DNA from: a virus
Taxonomy: Duplodnaviria; Heunggongvirae; Uroviricota; Caudoviricetes
IMG/VR virus record: IMGVR_UViG_2740892230_000037
Length of the DNA stretch: 7,979 bases
Strand: one strand, 5' to 3'
Made by a program: the position numbers and the translations under genes. This document shows, one piece after another, positions 7,013 to 7,979 of this stretch (position 1 is its first letter; each line of letters opens with the position of its first letter). The notes beneath the pieces were generated by a model. That model did not search any database and was not told the origin of the DNA. It was given only the letters and a program-made list of their open reading frames with translations.

Positions 7013-7027
7013 AAACGTCACCAGAAA
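6975..7027 (-). ncRNA. dicF: DicF small RNA (ftsZ-targeting sRNA of the dicB operon)
   Basis: Reverse complement of 6975-7027 reads TTTCTGGTGACGTTTGGCGGTATCAGTTTTACTCCGTGACTGCTCTGCCGCCC followed by TTTTT, which matches the 53-nt DicF sequence as I recall it, and it lies directly upstream of dicB. Confidence 0.8.
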
Positions 7028-7360
7028 ATTGATAACAGAGGGCGTTGCAGCGGGGTTGTCACTTAAGCGTATGGTCAACCTGACAACCCGGTGTCCTCAA
7101 CGGGGAAGGAATAACCCCGCCATACTTACCGCCGCGCCATTTCGCGGATTGCCACAACCGGAAGCGCACGGTCGACGAAAATTTAACGACAGGCTATCTA
7201 TGAACCAGCTACCTCGCCGTGCGCTTTCGCTTTATGCCCTAACTTTTCAGGGACATATCCTTTCAGTAAACTGTCAGTGCCGGATGTTCACCCGTGTCCG
7301 GCGCACGCACTCCACTTCACCCGTGGAGAACTCCTTAATTACCAACCCTCAGGAGGGTGA

Positions 7361-7594
7361 ATGTTAAAATCAACTCTTATTGCTAAATGCCTTTATCAAA
7401 ATCGCATGGTAAGCAGCATTTCAATAGGCGAGTCTGCAGTTAAAAGTATTTTCGAAGAGTACTTTCCCGGGCATGATTTTAATAAATGGAATACCAAATT
7501 ACCGCCAGCAGTTTCAACGCGTATTCTGAAAGCAACCGAAAGAGCAAGTACAATTCGCGTTAACTATTTCATTAAAGATTTGTGGGATCTTTGA
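7361..7594 (+). CDS. Hypothetical 77-aa protein (AT-rich island, unknown family)
   Basis: ATG at 7361 preceded by AGGAGG at 7351-7356; protein-like composition (MLKSTLIAKCLYQNRMVSSISIGESAVKSIFEEYFPGHDFNKWNTKLPPAVSTRILKATERASTIRVNYFIKDLWDL). Base composition turns visibly AT-rich at about 7357. The 3' end overlaps the convergent 135-aa gene by 23 nt. Confidence 0.55.
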   Translation: MLKSTLIAKCLYQNRMVSSISIGESAVKSIFEEYFPGHDFNKWNTKLPPAVSTRILKATERASTIRVNYFIKDLWDL

Positions 7595-7979
7595 TATCCA
7601 CAGAGCCTAAAGTATGTGCATATGGATGTGCTATTATGCGCCCTCGCAGATTTGCATCATTTTCTAAATTCACTGAACGAAACAGGGCATCAACAAGGCT
7701 CTGTACAATGCAAAGGCAATCGAAGACTGTCGCCGTTTCTGTTTTGATTGATGAAAGAACATGGCCATTCACGCAAACAGAAATTACCCGTTTATTAACA
7801 TCGCTTTCCTGCTTTTGATTATCAGAACCATATAGCCCAGAAAAAGCATTGCGCACATTACGAACCATATTATCGATGGTTTCTTTTTCTGCGGTACTAA
7901 GGTCAAGAGTAGCCAGTTGTGAACGAACTATATTCGATGCCATTTCCTGTAATGGCGTTGGTAAATCTTTAAATTCCAT
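7572..7979 (-). CDS. Hypothetical 135-aa protein (AT-rich island, unknown family); start codon is the last three bases of the window
   Basis: ATG at 7977-7979, TAA at 7572-7574; balanced, soluble-looking composition (MEFKDLPTPLQEMASNIVRSQLATLDLSTAEKETIDNMVRNVRNAFSGLYGSDNQ...). The plus-strand ORF antisense to it (7582-7818) is R/S/C-rich and junk-like. Upstream signals are outside the window. Confidence 0.6.
   Translation of the reverse strand: MEFKDLPTPLQEMASNIVRSQLATLDLSTAEKETIDNMVRNVRNAFSGLYGSDNQKQESDVNKRVISVCVNGHVLSSIKTETATVFDCLCIVQSLVDALFRSVNLENDANLRGRIIAHPYAHTLGSVDIKDPTNL

Noticed and set aside
7029-7367. 112-aa plus-strand ORF upstream of the 77-aa gene
   Set aside because: Arginine-rich, no ribosome-binding site, lies in GC-rich sequence that looks like structured noncoding leader; likely spurious.
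7572-7979. Possibility that the 135-aa and 77-aa ORFs are dicA and dicC, which have nearly the same lengths
   Set aside because: The 135-aa protein shows no helix-turn-helix region resembling DicA as I recall it, and the two genes are convergent with overlapping 3' ends, whereas dicA and dicC are divergent. The size match looks coincidental.

Overview
This window is the early-left (recombination) arm of an enterobacterial lambdoid prophage, with almost all genes on the minus strand. Running from low to high coordinates: a complete tyrosine integrase (1..1020), an overlapping excisionase-like ORF, a DEDDh (DnaQ-like) 3'-5' exonuclease, a family of proteins ending in a Q/E-rich repeat linker plus a CxxC...CxxC zinc ribbon (one with a 508-aa N-terminal region that I tentatively liken to the RecE N-terminal region), then ydfD, dicB and the DicF sRNA, and finally an AT-rich island with two convergent, tail-overlapping hypothetical genes (77 aa on plus, 135 aa on minus). 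The window is not one clean haplotype: fifteen runs of exactly 10 N split it into 16 segments, and nearly every gap is flanked by 85-95 percent identical copies of the same gene region. I read this as a short-read scaffold in which paralogous prophage alleles were laid side by side, so every six-frame ORF that crosses an N run is chimeric and I report gene fragments per segment. The two observations I rate highest are the uncharacterised AT-rich two-gene island at 7351..7979 and an amber/CAG polymorphism that splits or fuses the zinc-ribbon protein with the downstream exonuclease. Family names are from motif reading and memory only; no database search was possible.
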